A stretch of 64,000 bases of DNA from Phoronis australis (taxonomy: Eukaryota > Animalia > Phoronida), in the NCBI GenBank assembly GCA_002633005.1, contig NMRA01000142.1, positions 248,001 to 312,000 of the forward strand. Reading direction: 5' to 3'. Each line of letters opens with the position of its first letter. Position 1 is the first letter of the stretch. Below the pieces are notes generated by a model. That model ran no database searches. It was not told the DNA's origin and saw only the letters and a program-made list of their open reading frames with translations. Position numbers and translations under genes: made by a program. Shown in pieces: positions 11,330-26,300 of this stretch.

Positions 11330-14300
11330 ATGGGTAAAAAAGTAAAGAAGGATGAAAAACCACCTCCAGATGATGTTGTAAGTTGTACATCACTAATGTA
11401 AATAGAATCGTATTGACTCACATAAAGCCTATGTTTGCGTCATTTTTTTTCATTTTTTCATCTTTTTACTATAATTGTCAGAGCGTGTGATTGGTCTCAG
11501 TTGCTTTTCTGATAGAATGATTGTGCTGGTTGTATCCTGTGCTATTCATTCAAAAGTCTGATTTTTTCTGTCATAGTTGTTGAAGGGAGATTTCAAGGGT
11601 TTTAGTCATTAAAATGTTTTTTATGTTGCGACATAATGGAAATTTGCTAAAAAATTAATGTGTATATTTTACCTTTTAGTCAGCCAGAGAACAATTCCTG
11701 TTGGAATATTGAAGATTTATTATGACTCATTCTGACATGAGACCATATCCATTTCAGTTTGACCCTCTTCTGGTTGAGAGCCGACAGGCGCAGACTGTAG
11801 TGTTAATGTTGAGCAGTGTTGAAGAGGACGTATTGTCAAAAGCATGTGAAGCCATATACAAGTTTGTTGAAAAATGTAAGCAGATAAAGTTCAATAGATC
11901 TCGGGCTAGTTTTGATAATGTGGAAGTGAGAAGGGAATTTGTGTCGTGTATCACTTAAATTCTGTTCGTATTCTGTTCCCTTGCTAGTAACCTCAAAATC
12001 TGAAACCTTTCAAGTAGAATAATTAATGTTTTTCCATTGATTGACTCTGTAATGCTTCTATTCTGAAATTATATGTGATTGTACAATAATTGTAAGTTTA
12101 AAATGTCAGTTTTGTGCATTCGGGCTGAAATTATAGCGGCTGGTCAGGCTTTGTTTTTTTAACCTGCTACAGACTGTAAGATTAGCTTTCACTCTGTTGG
12201 TAGTTTTGACAATCTATAAATTGTAATCCCAATTTTTATTTCAGGTGATGAAAATAAAAAGCTCTTGTTTGATCTTGGAGCATTAGACCCTCTTCTACGG
12301 TTGATTCAGCATGAAGAACGTCTCGTTCGCAGGAACGCTTGCATGGCCTTTGGTGTTATGGCTTGTCACCGTAAGTATAGTTTATGTTCATTACTTAGTT
12401 GCATGTGTCCATGCATATATTGAAATTACTGATAAGCAAAAAACATTAGAATAGAATTTGCGTGAAACTAATCTATTTCAAAATGGTAGATGTTGACAAT
12501 GTATTTAACATCCAACATTTAATGGGTACATTATAATTGTTTTTACAAAACTTTCGGGTTTATTGTTGGATTGAGCTATTAAATAATAAAATTTGTTGTG
12601 TTTTTGTGATTTATTTCGAATCGTCAATCCTCGCCAATGTGAACCACACATTCGTTGAAATCAAGGCGGTGACTTCCTCTACAATAGTTAAAGCATGCAC
12701 GAAATACTCTGGCATTGATGGATAGCAATATTTATATTGTCAGCAGAGCATTTGGCTATGAACAGGAAGTTTCCCTGCTTGAATTTACACAAGCCAAAAA
12801 GGGTTGATTTCAGAAAATCACGCTGATAATGACACTTTAAATCAAAAGTACAAAGAATGGCCAAAAGCCTCTCAGGAAACACCCGTAAGTGAAACATGGG
12901 CACTTGCGTCTGTATGCAAAACACTTGTCAATGAGTCCAAAATTTTTTGAAAAAATATTTTTCTATAATTTGTTATTGAGAGCCCACATGGAAGGCAGTG
13001 CTGTCACTGAAGAGGCCACCCTCACTTTAAATATTATCATAAATAAATAAATAAATATTTTGATATAAGCACGTAATAGGGTAAGAAAAATGGACATTCA
13101 GAAATGTTCCATAATATTTGTGTCATTAGTTCTTGAGAGTGATGAAAGGCACATTGCGACTAGTTTTGTTGTGATTTTTATTTTTCCTTTTGGTTTATAA
13201 TTATGCAATTATATTCATTGTGCAATGCTAAATGGTACCAAAACTATTATAATTATGGTCGTGTTTTCAGCTGACGTTCGTAGGGCTTTGAAGAAGAAAG
13301 AAGAGACTGTACCTGCCATTGTGTCTCTCCTCAACCCCGAGGGTAGGCGTGTTCTAATTCATTTCTCGAGAAATATCCTTGGAAATTTCTGTTATGTGTC
13401 AGTAGTCATCATAGGAATGTTTAGCATGACGTCATTATGATGTCATTTTGACATTTTGGACCCAGTGTGACGGCATGTGTATTTTTATTTTCGGGTTCAA
13501 ATTGCATCATCTACTGCCATGGCACGTCATCATTAAACATCGGAATTACAAACATGTCCTCTTAAGTGATTATACCAAGCAAGAACAGTTTTCAAATGCT
13601 GATGCAAGTCTGGTTGTTAATTGTTATGGGCTGTCTCTTATCCAGCATCACCAACACTGAGTGTCGTACCTAATTATTTGCCACTCTTAAGCATGCAATA
13701 TGGCAGGCAACTGAAATTACATTCTGTAACATTTGTCAAAAAAGATTAAGTAGTAGTAAATTACACTTTTCTGCATTTATCATATACAACTTGTACAGCA
13801 ATTGATAAAGTTTGGAAAGGTAATTAATCTTTGGAAAAACAGAAAATTGACAATATATCTTACTTATTACTTTTGTGAGAAATAAGTGAAAAATTTTGCG
13901 GTGTTGCTGTCATGGCTGTTGCTGTAATTGCTCTGTTCCACACAAAAGGAACTTAGATCAGCCTTCTCGATATTGTGCAGCAGAATTTCCAGGATGAGCT
14001 GTAAAGTGAAAGCCACATTTTTTCAGATAATCCTCTGTTATTCTTTTTTAGTTTCTTTATGGTTAATATTCCCTTTCATTTTTCTAGCCTGTTTAATTTC
14101 GAGCCTGTACGAAATATTTGAGTTTTTCACAGTTTACAGATTAATCGAAAAGTTATTTTCCATTAAATAGCATTTTATATTCAGGTACCATTCATTCAAC
14201 TTTCAGTTGCCAAATAGTGTCACTTTTCAAACCAATCAATGTGATCAAAAAATCTAAGAAAAGTTTAATTTCTACTACAAACTGTGAACAAATTTTTTTA

Positions 14301-17300
14301 ATGGTGTTTACCATTACTTCAAGACCTCAATAGCATCTGATTCGGCGTTTGTTGTGTTTTTGTTGCATTTTATATGAATAAATATTTTATATTTTTTTGT
14401 TAACCTATTTCAGAGGATGCTGTAGTCCATGAATTTGCTGCCCTGTGTTTGTCCTCGCTGTCCCATGACTTCAGTAGCAAGACAGTGATTGTAGAACAGA
14501 ATGGGGTTGAGCCTCTCATTCGCTGTCTATCCTCTAGCGACCCAGACGTTCAGAAGAACTCCATCGAAACCCTGGCACTCATGTTGCAGGTTAGTACAAC
14601 AATGACCATAGATAATTCTACCAAAAGATCTTGCACCGACGAACACAAGCAAAGTTTGAATAAAGACAACAACTTTTCTAAAATGTAGCGACACGTTTCG
14701 AGCGCAAAACATCCACTATTTTCAAGATTTATTCAAAGCCTGTAGCCATCCTGGCATCCATTCTCTGAATAAAGCTTGACAATGGTGAATGTTTTACCAC
14801 CGAAACATGTTGGTACATTTCAGAAAAGTTGTTGTCTTTACTCAAATTTTAATACAAGTTACTACACAATCCTTTGGCATGGTTGAAATGTAGTTTTATT
14901 GGCTCATTTAAATCCACAAAATATTTTTGTTTGTGTCCATAAATACCACCATACTTCTGCTAGAAATCAGTAAAGCTGGATAACAATAATGACATCACGC
15001 TATCGTGCATTATATTACCTTTGACCTTTGACATCATAAAAACTGTTAAACTTATTCAGTAAAATGTGTTTCAACTCTGGGTGACCCGCACGTTGATCTG
15101 TGTTCTTTTACATGTCAGATTATCACATGGTGATAGGGATATTTCCCGTTTCTAGACCCTCGTGGGATTTGGAGAATGGGAATAAATCCTTCAAATCCTA
15201 TGAGGAACCTAGACAGGGGAAAGAACTGCTGTAGACAATATGTAATAATCCGTTTTTCCTACAACACTCACAAAACAAGAATGAAGTGCTTTGAATCAAC
15301 TTTCGTTGTGCTTGACATCATGGTCATCGGTATGCAGCACAGTGGGTCAAACCACACTCGTGACCATCCTCCATAGAACATCGCAACCGGCATGCCCATC
15401 ACATTTCTCGCCTAATCGTTATCTCCTGTGGGAATAACTGTATGTTTTATTACCCGGTATTCATTAATTACTGGTCAAACTTGAATTGAGGAATATATGA
15501 CAACACCGTATTAATTAACTACCGTCGTGATCCGTCATATGTTTTCAGGACTATCAAGCCAGAACAGCTATAAGGGAGCTGAATGGTATCCAGCCTATGA
15601 TGGACTTACTCAGGTCTGAATTTGCCATCATCCAAGAATTAGCGTTGCTGTCACTAGACAGAACCATGCAAGATCGTAAGTATTTGAATGTTGTGGCCTA
15701 AACTTGTGACTGAAATAAATGAATAGTACTCAAGCTGGATCTGCATGACCAAGTATAGCTGCATGCAGCAAATGTTCTGTGATCATTTTAAAAAGACGTG
15801 TCATCAAAATTTGTGTACAAGTCACTTAGAAGTGCATGCTGGGTAATAGTAACCTCTTGTAGATAAGTCACGCCAAAACCATGAACTGAACTGGTTTAAT
15901 GCATTTTGGGTGAAAGGAAGTTTTTTATTGTTTTTTTACTATTAATTTTTGGTGAAAGGAAGTTTTTTATTGTTTTTTTACTATTAATTTTTTTGGTGAA
16001 GAGAAGTTATTGCCCTCGTGAAACCGTAATACATTATTTTATTGGAAATCGTACGATACGTGAACACTTGGTGTCTCGCTATTGTAGCGGAGAACAGGGC
16101 TGCATTTCGAGAACTCGAGGGCTTGAAAGAGATCATCAACTTCATAGGCAACCCTGAGTATAATGACCTGCATACAATGGCTGTATCTGTCCTGTCTACC
16201 TGCCTAGAAGATGTGGAGACTATGCAGGTTTGGCTTTAAGCCTTTGTCTTCTGTGTCCCCATGATGCAAGGGTCAACAACATATTATTAATTTCTGGCTC
16301 TAATGAAAAGAGGCCACTCTTTATATATTCTGAGTGAGGACATTAAGCTGTTCGCCAGCATAAAGTCATTTGTGGGGTAAGAGATCCAACGTAACCTGAA
16401 TGCATGCTTCACTGGCGCCACCTTGTGAATTTTGGGTTCCTGATGTGAAGTCACAATCAGTTTTCTACTTGCTTAAACTTTGTGGTAGTAAATCTATCCA
16501 TAGAAGTCTTTGTGGCTTGTAGTAACAATGGTAACTCACTATAAAAAAAGTTTTAACGTGTTCTAATCAAAAACATTTTAATGAGGTTTTAATGAACTGA
16601 TGTAATCATTCCTTGTGTTTTGGAAATAATTTATTAGCTGCTGCTTCTATGTCAAAAAGGGATTTTCTAGTTCAATCCTTTTTCAAGTCTAATTTAAATC
16701 ATTATCCCATAAAGTTGCTGAAGTCCGAATTCAAACTCTTTTCTTCATGACAAATTCTATTTAAATTCAAACTTTGTCGTATAATTCGGTTACTATGGTT
16801 TTTGACAGCAAATTAAAGAGTCCGGTGGTCTTCAGAAACTTGTCGCCCTCATAACAGACGTTCCTCCACCTGAGGAAGAAGAGAAAGGGAAGAAAGGAAA
16901 GGATAAAAAGAGCGGAAAAGAAGATAAAAAAGGCAAAAAAGGAAAAGCTGATGAAGAAGGTGAGTACTGTGTATAGTGGAGCTATAGTCCACCACGGGGT
17001 CAAATTAATTTTGCGTTAGGTTGCGTCGTAGTTCTAAGCTATTAAAGTGCGTACTGCAATGTATGCTGGTGATAGTGGATAAAACTCTTTGAAATCATTC
17101 GTTCTATAAAATATAGAATGTACTGATAATACTATCACCAAGTGCCACAAATGTTAGACGCTACGATCACAGACATACAAATGAGTCTCCGTTTAGTGCT
17201 ATGCTACATTCTACAAACCGTAATTTTCAAAATATTGAATGATCTCTCCTGTGAATGCAGACTTAAGTTTTCACATAATTGTGTTGACTGGTTGTAGATT

Positions 17301-20300
17301 GACCAAGAACTGATTCTGTTAAAAATCGTCTGAAATGCGTTATTTACGTCTTGAGCAGATGTTGACCGCAGCACAAGACTAAGTGTGTTCACATCTTCTT
17401 CTGTCATGGTATATTCTGTTGGTAAGATAAGCATGGCGCACGAGCAATGATCACTCTACAGATCCTTGCTGAGCTAGTGAACATTAATTATTTTTGTTTT
17501 ACACTGTAGACTTTTACAGGAAATTACCTGTAACATAGTACAAGCATGTTTATTTTATCGTTTGATTGCATTACCACATTGTTGTTAAATGACCGTCATT
17601 TGCTGAATATGCATTTTAAGTAGCGTTTAGGAATTATTGGTTCTTGTGCACTGAATTGAACCTAATTTAGATGCACATATTTAAATCTTGACATATGGTG
17701 TTTAGCTTTAGTTTTTAATTCAGGTTCACAGTGTATTTACATATTTTTGCTCTGAGCCTTGAAACAGATAATTATTGCACCTTGCATAAAACTTATAAAC
17801 TTGTATACCTAATTTGTCAAAGAATGTGACTGTCTTCTATTTTAAGGCATAAATCGCCATTTAGAAGGTGAAGTTAGGAATAAATTAATTTTAAAAGTTC
17901 TAGAACGATACATCTTGTTTTTTATGGTTTCAAGAGGAGGGCATTGTGGCCTAGTGGGATAACTGTCGGCTTCTTTTAGTCAAGGTGGTGTGTTTGAGTC
18001 CCACTGGGGCACACTGCTAGACCCTTTAGTCAGGCCCCTAGCTCCTCAGCTCGGTTTTAACTAGAAAGTATTTATTAATAAAGCATACAAATGGTTCCAG
18101 ATGATTTTTTCTACGAGCCCACCAACTTTAATAGACCACCTGAAGTTATTTTTATATGGTTTCAAACTGATTGCATCTTTTCTCTTCCTGTATACCTTCG
18201 TCGTGATAGAGAAGTCATGGTTTCAAAGCCATATAAGAAACATTGAGCAACTAAAAAATTTGTTAATAAATGCCCTTTGTTTAAAGAATTATACATAAAT
18301 GAGAAACAAACCTCCACAAATCTTGTTTTCAGATGACAAGCAAAAGAAGGAGGGAGACAGCATTATTCCAACATTGCCCGACGTTAAAATGTTTGCTGCC
18401 AAGGCCATTGCTAGAGCTGCTAAAAATGGTATGTCTTGATTTTGTTTAATTTCTGAAAAGAGGACCAGTCCAGGCTGTCTGATGCCTATATTCAGGGCTT
18501 GGAATTTTCCGCGGAAACGCGGATTTCCGCTTTTTTGAAATGTGCTTTCCGCTTTTTTTATAATATTTCCGCGTAAAAAATCGGATTTGATATGAAATTT
18601 CCGCGGCAAATTCCTTTCTTACCGCGGCGTTGCAGACGACGTTCACCTCAGAAAGCGGAAGTTGCTCTTTTTGTTTCGGAGGAACGTAAATTGTCAACAT
18701 TGCCGGGGCATCTGGGTAAAGCATGGTGTGATTTTCAATGGCGGCTCGTGTTGTTAAGCGCGGCGACAAATACTACCGCTCTGCAGCCAAAATTGTGCAG
18801 GTTGGGAGTGGACGGGCGAGCGAATAGGACGCAGACGCATGCTACTGATGGTGGTAACGTTTTTTTTTTTTAGTCCTCCCGATTTTTGTCGCGGAAAGGT
18901 CCACATTGACCATTTCAAAGGCTGGTTATCGGGCATGATTTGCGCCGTAAAAGTTTCCGCGTTCTTTGTCATTGGTCATTCCAAACCCTGTATATTGCAC
19001 TCTGCTATGTTGCTTGGTATTTAAATGGGTTGATATGTAGACATTTTGGGCTTGAAGATGGTAACTAATCCACATAGTGCAGTGGCAGATCTAGGATATC
19101 ATAAGGGGAGCCCAACATTGTGTCTCGGGAAATCACACAAAGTAAGATTGCGCGGGTGCACCCAGCCTGAAATAAGTGGGGCGCTCGAAGTTCTGAGGTT
19201 ATTCATGACTAAAAAAGGGGCGAGGCCAATTGCAACAACACCGGCACACCCCACAAACACACAAACTGGAACTTGTTAAACTTGTTTTGGCCGCGTGTTG
19301 ATTATCGAGGTTCGTTAATGAACTCAATATTTCCTCACGCTCTGGTTTTATTATTTTTTCCGGCAGCCAACGGGGACCCGGGACCCCTGGGCTCTCCCTA
19401 AATCCGCCGGTGTAGTGAGTGTTTGCTATTTTCTAGGTCAATGTTATAATTATTCATGACTGTAACATCACTAACTTTTCTATGGTGTGTACACCACTTG
19501 GACACATTTTGGGATTGGAAGGGCTAACTAGTCTGAATAGAAGCGTAGAATTTTGCAGAAGGTTATAAATCGTGGGTGTCCCTCATACAGGTATTTTGAA
19601 ATTGTCATGCAAGGTCAATGAAGGTAGTTCTTTGTGAACACTGCTTAGTCATGCAACTGTCTCAGTTGGAGTTTGTATTAACACAGCTTAACCAAGGGTT
19701 TGTGGTCCTGTCTAAGAAGATAGTTGTTTTATTACCCCCTGTGTATTCTGGATAGCTGAGCCCTAAATGGAGATAACCTCAACAGTCACAGCTCCTTGTG
19801 CTCGTCTGCCCCACAATCTAGTGATTCCCCAGAGCATGTCTGGTCATTTCATTTCCCATCTACTCCACAAATACTTTGGATTCTCACAGCAAGTGCTCAC
19901 AGCCCAATGTTTCGACTACACTGTAATGAAATTCTTTAGAGGATTATTTAGAGACTGTGGTTTTCCGTTTTTTAAAAACAAATTTAGCAGAACAACAATT
20001 TCAAAGTGCTGCAGCTCTGTTTTACTTCAAACTTGTACGTCATGTTTATTGTTTCTCAAAAAGAATGCGCTTCCTTTAGACAAAATGCATAACCGCTTGA
20101 ACATGACTGTGCTGCAAAATGATTGTTAAGAATAAATGTGTGGTCAGAGTCATCAAATTCTTTTAAAAACTCTTGTTTTGGTAATTAAAAACCAAAGATA
20201 TTCAAATCACGGTATGTGTAACTGAAGTATGTAAATTCAGTTCAGAATCTCCAATTGTTTGAAAGGAGTCCGTTTCCGTTATTGTTGGAAAAACACGGTC

Positions 20301-23300
20301 TCTAAGTACGTGAGGCAATAAGAGCATGAAGCAATTGCTTTGCTGTTTATGATTTCATTCAGTCCGGGCGGATCCAGCATTTTTATTTAGGGGGGGCCAG
20401 GGCAGACTATTACCCAGGATTGTTCCCGTCAGACATTCGCACCCCCGCACTGCCAAATGGGAGAGTTTTAGGGGGCCATGGCCCCCTTGGACTCCCTCTA
20501 AATCCGCCACTGCAGTCCTAGATAGCATGCACACCCACTACAGCTTTCGTTGTCTGATCACCTTACAGAGTAGAATCTAATGATCCTTCTTTGTTTAGTT
20601 TGACTACGGCTTTCGTTGTCTGATCACCTTATAGAGAATCTAATGATTCCCAAGAGTGAGAACAGCTTCTTTGTTTAGTTTGACGTTGGTTTTAAGTAAT
20701 TTGTTTGCGTTTTTTGTGCCAGAAATACAGTCACAAAGTATTGTGCTTACTCTTTGAGTTGGGTATCCATGTGTGACTTCAGTTTACCACTCACTCTGAT
20801 AGATCGATGTGCGCACCCAGGGGGGATCGAATTTGGCGAAGTGGGTAAAAAGGTCCACCTCAGAGAAACAAAAAGTCTGAGAAAAAGGCGTAGATGCACC
20901 GTTCACAGTTCTGAAGGTGTTCCTCATTTTTTTTAGTCCTCCTGCTTTTTTGTTAGCAAAAGGTCCACTTTGTTACTATGTAGATCATGTGGGTGTTGAC
21001 TTAACCAATTTTGCCAGCCGAGCAGTCACAGGATCCATCACAGATGCAATTCAAAATGTAAGCCCAGCACTTGTTCTTGTGAACATTTCCCTTAGCAGAA
21101 TATATGATTATATAAGAGACAGTTTTTATCTTAATTGTCATGTTTCATTCATGCGTCCAAGATTGCTATTACCACAATATTCTCCTTTGAAAGGAAATCA
21201 ATTTTGTTGCTTTTAGTTTGGCGTCTTCCTTCAAATTATGTGCTTATCCTAGCTAATTGTGAGTTGATGATATTACCTACATTTAGTGGCAATGGTAAAT
21301 TAATGGAATCCCAATCTTGGAATTACTACAACAGTGCCCTTAATAGCTTTAACCATTTAGTGTGGACATGCGGTGTAGACAGTCATGTAATTGGAAGAGC
21401 TGTATTCATAATTTATCAGATTCACTAGTCTTCAGCTAGTTTTAAAACAATCTTATTGTAGTTTCGCTGCTTTATAGGTTCTTAATTTTGGCTGACCACT
21501 GTATGATTGCCCAATTTTGTCCCTGATCTTGCTTTATGATTTTAAAATCTAGGTACTTATTGTTAGGCTCAATTTTACCAAACTTACATGCTTGAAGTGT
21601 TACTAGAATTTTATAATCAAACAATTCAACAAGACTGTTAAATTTTAATCATTTATTCTCTCATTAGGAATCTTGATGAAGTTTGGTAATGAATAGCAGG
21701 TTTGAAAATGGTCATAGAATTGATTTTCATTTAGTATCATTTTTCATTTTTTTCTCATCATAATGTTGGCCAGAGTTATGTTATCCAAATACCTATAGTC
21801 TTTAGTAACTGTTTCTCCTTTAAAGAAATTATCAGTTTATGACCAAAAAGTGTATTTTCAGGGATTATTGTTGGATAGGACAGATTTCTTGAAGTTATTA
21901 GCCTTGGCAGGGCTATAAAAAACAAAATTCAGTGGTTCGCAAACATTTCTAAGCATGCCGCCTGTGGCCACATCACATGACCTAATGAATATAAGTCTGA
22001 AAAGATTTCTGCCCCAACCGGGACTAATGAACCCGGAACGTTCTGCTGACCAGACTTAGAAATATTTGCGATACACATTTCCACACCGGTTAAGACACAT
22101 ATATATTTTATAAAAATTCATTGTTACGTGATTTTATTTCAAATTCCAAATTTCTTGCTGTTTTCTATCAGGCATTCAAGGAAATTAAGTCCGATGTCAT
22201 TATCATTTAAGTGGCACAGCATTCGGCTATAACTATGGAACAAGTGGGCTCATTTCTAACTGCAAATTTCCGTTACATGACTTTTGTTGCCTAGATTGTC
22301 CCTATAATTCACTCGTCTTTACTCGCATATACAGAATTTTGTTCTCATACATTATAAATTCAGTGTTGTCTTAGGTAGTAATCTGTTTGTGCTTTGTTAA
22401 TTAAGATAAGCTACCTAATGTATGCTAATAAGCCAGCCATTATGTAATCTTGATTTCGCTGTACAGGTGAGAACCGTAAGATCCTACACGAGATCGAGTG
22501 TGAGAAGATGCTGATCCTGCTGCTGGGGCACGAGGACCCCAACGTACAAATAGCTGCTGCTCAGGCAATGGCTGTGATGAGTGAGAACTTGACGTGTAAA
22601 CAGAGCATTGGAGATTGGGGTAAGGAGCAAACGAATGTGAAGAATAAAATTAAGAAATTCTCTGTACACAGTTTTTGTTTCACAGAGCTGCCAATCTGCC
22701 AACGATTATTTTTTCGGAAAGACTACAAAATTAAGTCCAATTATTTTATAATTATGTTATGGTACTGCGCGGTGCATCATTTAGTTAAAAAAGCATGAAA
22801 TAGTTGAAAGTGATTAACACTTATTTTAAAAATATAACTAAGTCCTTTCAATGAAGATAATTCCTCCGAATCCCACGAGGTGTACCGAGGACATGGATAA
22901 TCTATTTATCCCCCAGTTTGAGCAAAAAACTTCAAAAATCACTAAACATCACTTTTCGTTGTGCTTGACGTCAATCATCTCTCATGAATCAAATCACACA
23001 AAGTTGTGTGAATGTCTTCTATAGAAAATTGTAGTGTGTGTCATGTTTTCATGCCAAATGATTATCTCTATGGGATATTACTTGGTAGTTATTTACCAAT
23101 CGAGCTTATTTTGGGGATTTTTATGTCATTTTACCCTTGCAAGGTATAAAATGTTGATAAAATGTGATTTAATTTTACTGTTGTCTGAAAGTGAATAGGT
23201 TGAAATATGTTAACAACAATATTATAATACTATGTTTTAAAACAGTTTGAATCATTTACATAATTTTAGAGGGTATTGAGCCCCTGGTGAAGTTACTTAA

Positions 23301-26300
23301 GAAAGAACGAGATGAGAATCAGGATGTCAAGGAAGCTGTCTGCTTGGCACTCGCTAACTTAACAACTGGGAACCAATCAAATTGCCAGTAAGTAATATGT
23401 TCCATTTCCGGAAATGTACAAAATTATCGTGAAGATATAACTTTCGTGCAGTAATTATATAGTTAACCAATTAGTGGAAGAATTTTGTTGAAAAAATTGG
23501 GCTGTTTGAAGGTTTGGTGAGAATCTAAAAAGAAAGTAGATGAAAAATAAATAAATACAACTTTGAATATAAGCCAAACACGGGCTTTCTTCAACCATAT
23601 ACAGGTTTTTGTTAAGAGGGGGTGCTGGCAACTTTTCAAGCAATACCACAACCAAGGGAGAAATAGATGTTCTATGGTCAAATCATCTCATGCGGTGGAT
23701 AACATTGGGTTTTTGATTTCAGGGAAGTCTGCAACTTTGGTGGCATTGAGCCTTTGATCAACATACTGGCAGATGGTAAAGACATGGCTATAGCCAACGC
23801 ATGTGTCATCTTGACCAATATGTCTACTGAGGAGAATCTCCGATCAGCAATACAAGCCCAGAGTGTGGTTACAGCCCTCATAGATCCTCTCAAGTCTCCG
23901 TGAGTCATTTCTTATTGCTAACGTATTCCCTTTTCCTAGTTTTTTCTTGAGGCCAAAAAATAAATTTAAAGTCAAGCAACCTCTGTCTGGATGATGGTGC
24001 TGTGCTTCGTTCAATTACACAGTACAGTAAACGCCTGGGGGGCCAAGTTTCAGTTATACAGTAATAGCCAAGGGACACCCAGCATATTAACTTCTATTTC
24101 ACTGAGGGATCAGGCTGTATAAAGGAAGTGTTGATTCCTGAGTTACAATGTTTCTGGTTACATGTCTCAGGAAACAACTTGGCACTGAACTATCACTCAT
24201 ACGAGGGAAAATGTTTCTGGTTTGTACGACAGTCTATGATTATCGCCATGGCGATATGAATTGTAGAATCTTATCATACTCCAAGAATATAGTGGGAGGA
24301 GGTATTGTACTGGCCTTGTGTGATAGGTGCCCGCTTTCTTTACTCGAGGCCCTCAGATTGCATTGTGTCACACTGGTTTCTAGCTCCTCAGCTCAGTTTT
24401 AACTATATATTTATAAGGCATAAAAATGGTTCCCAGTGGTCAGTACAATGGCGGGCCCACGTGCTTGGCCTGTGCACGTCTGGTACAACGTGTACCAGAC
24501 TGCCTGCAATAATTTTTTCAAGAAAATAGTGGTAGCTGGATTAGAAATCATTCCTCATCTGAGGAAGGATCACCTTCAGAACAAATTTACAAAATTTACA
24601 AAGGATTTCGAGTGGTATTTCATCATTCTAGCTATATCAATCAAACACCTCATATCATGGAATAATCACAGGTACTAAAGTTGTGGTTAACTTCTTTCTT
24701 GAAGATGCAGTAAATTAAGTGTTTACCATAACAATATGCTCAGTTACAACATTTGCATCTGCTCTTTAAGTAACTTGTGATGCAGTGTCATCAAATCACT
24801 AAACTCACCAAACCACAGACCTTAATTCTTCAATACTTGTTTCAGTAATCCAGTTGTACAAAGCAAGGCTGCTTTGGCTGTTGCAGCTTTTGTTCTCGAT
24901 TCTGAAGCAAGGACAGAGGTGAGTCATGCGAAGTTGGATGTTAAGCGTGGAGGTCAAGGTTGTAAAGCCTGTAATCCATATCACTTGTGCGTTAGGTTTT
25001 AGTGAACGTTTTAGCTTCAAGTTGTATCTTTTGTTCGACACGATGATTGTGATGTGTTATACTCGACAGCTTCAGATTACGTGGTTATGAATCACCATTG
25101 AGAGTGCTTTGCAGTTAACAGAGATTGTTTTGTTCCGCCATCTAGGACATTAGGTATAGGCATTATGTACTTCAGAGGGCGTTAGTAAGGAGTAGCCTGA
25201 CCATTGATCAGAAATATTTACAGAAACGATGTTGGAAGGAATCAAAATGCTGAGTTACAACTGAATGCCTTGAATTGTTTCTTGACTAGGTGTTCTATAT
25301 GGATCTTTTTTTCGATTCAGTGAATTTATTTAGTTTTTGTCATGCATCTTTTTATCTTGGCACAGCTTACATCTTGTCGTCTGTTATCATTTTAGTTCCG
25401 TCTGTCTGGAGGACTAGAACCTCTTGTTCAGTTGTTGAAGGCCAATGATAAAGATGTCTCACGCAGTGCTTCATGGGCCATCACCGTTATCGCAGACGAT
25501 GCCTCGGCAGGAGAAATTTGCAAATTTGGGTATGTCAAGAAAAATGTAATTTCTTTGCAGTTTCATAATTGTATCTAAGCCTGAAAACATGGTAGATTGC
25601 TTGTCAGGTTTTTTATTGCACATTACGATTTACGTGACAGCGTTTTCCAGTGACTTAACCAGACGTAGGGGGTTCTGAGCATGCGATAACATCTAGTTTC
25701 TTTGTTAACTGCCAAGCACACTGTTTTGTCTGTTACGACAACAAGCAGTCCAATTATCTACCAGGCTTATTACAGACCACGTGTGAACACAGTCAAACTA
25801 GGAGTGAATTGGTGTATTCGGAAAGAATAGATTGTCACAACTTCGGTTGCAGTAAACATGATCACCATTTGATGAAGATTTCAGAAATGCTATTGATTTT
25901 TGTTCAAATATGTTATAACGTAACTTTTATTTTTAACAGCGCAACCCAGTCAGGATAGATAAGATCTTATTGGAAATTAGAGCAATTATCGAACAAAAGA
26001 GAGCTGGCTCTCCAACCATAAATGCCAGAATGGAGTTAATCAGTTGTGTAAGATATTGGCTCAAGGGGTAAACTTCCCAACTTATTGTTGGGCTATAGAA
26101 TCGAACAAGTTGGGAGCAACGGGAAAACGCCGTAATGTTAAGCTTTGTTATAACTAATTTGTCACGTTTTTATGGCAATGATCTGTCTCTTGGCTTTCTT
26201 AAAAGTTTTCATCTCAGGGACCTTGACCTGAAGTTTTTAAATAGACTCAGAGAAAAGTGTGTAAACTCAAATCCTTGTTTGCATTTAATATAAGCCATTG

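Noticed and set aside
17936-18015. tRNA gene
   Set aside because: A/B boxes are present but the stems do not form a cloverleaf; better explained as a SINE head.
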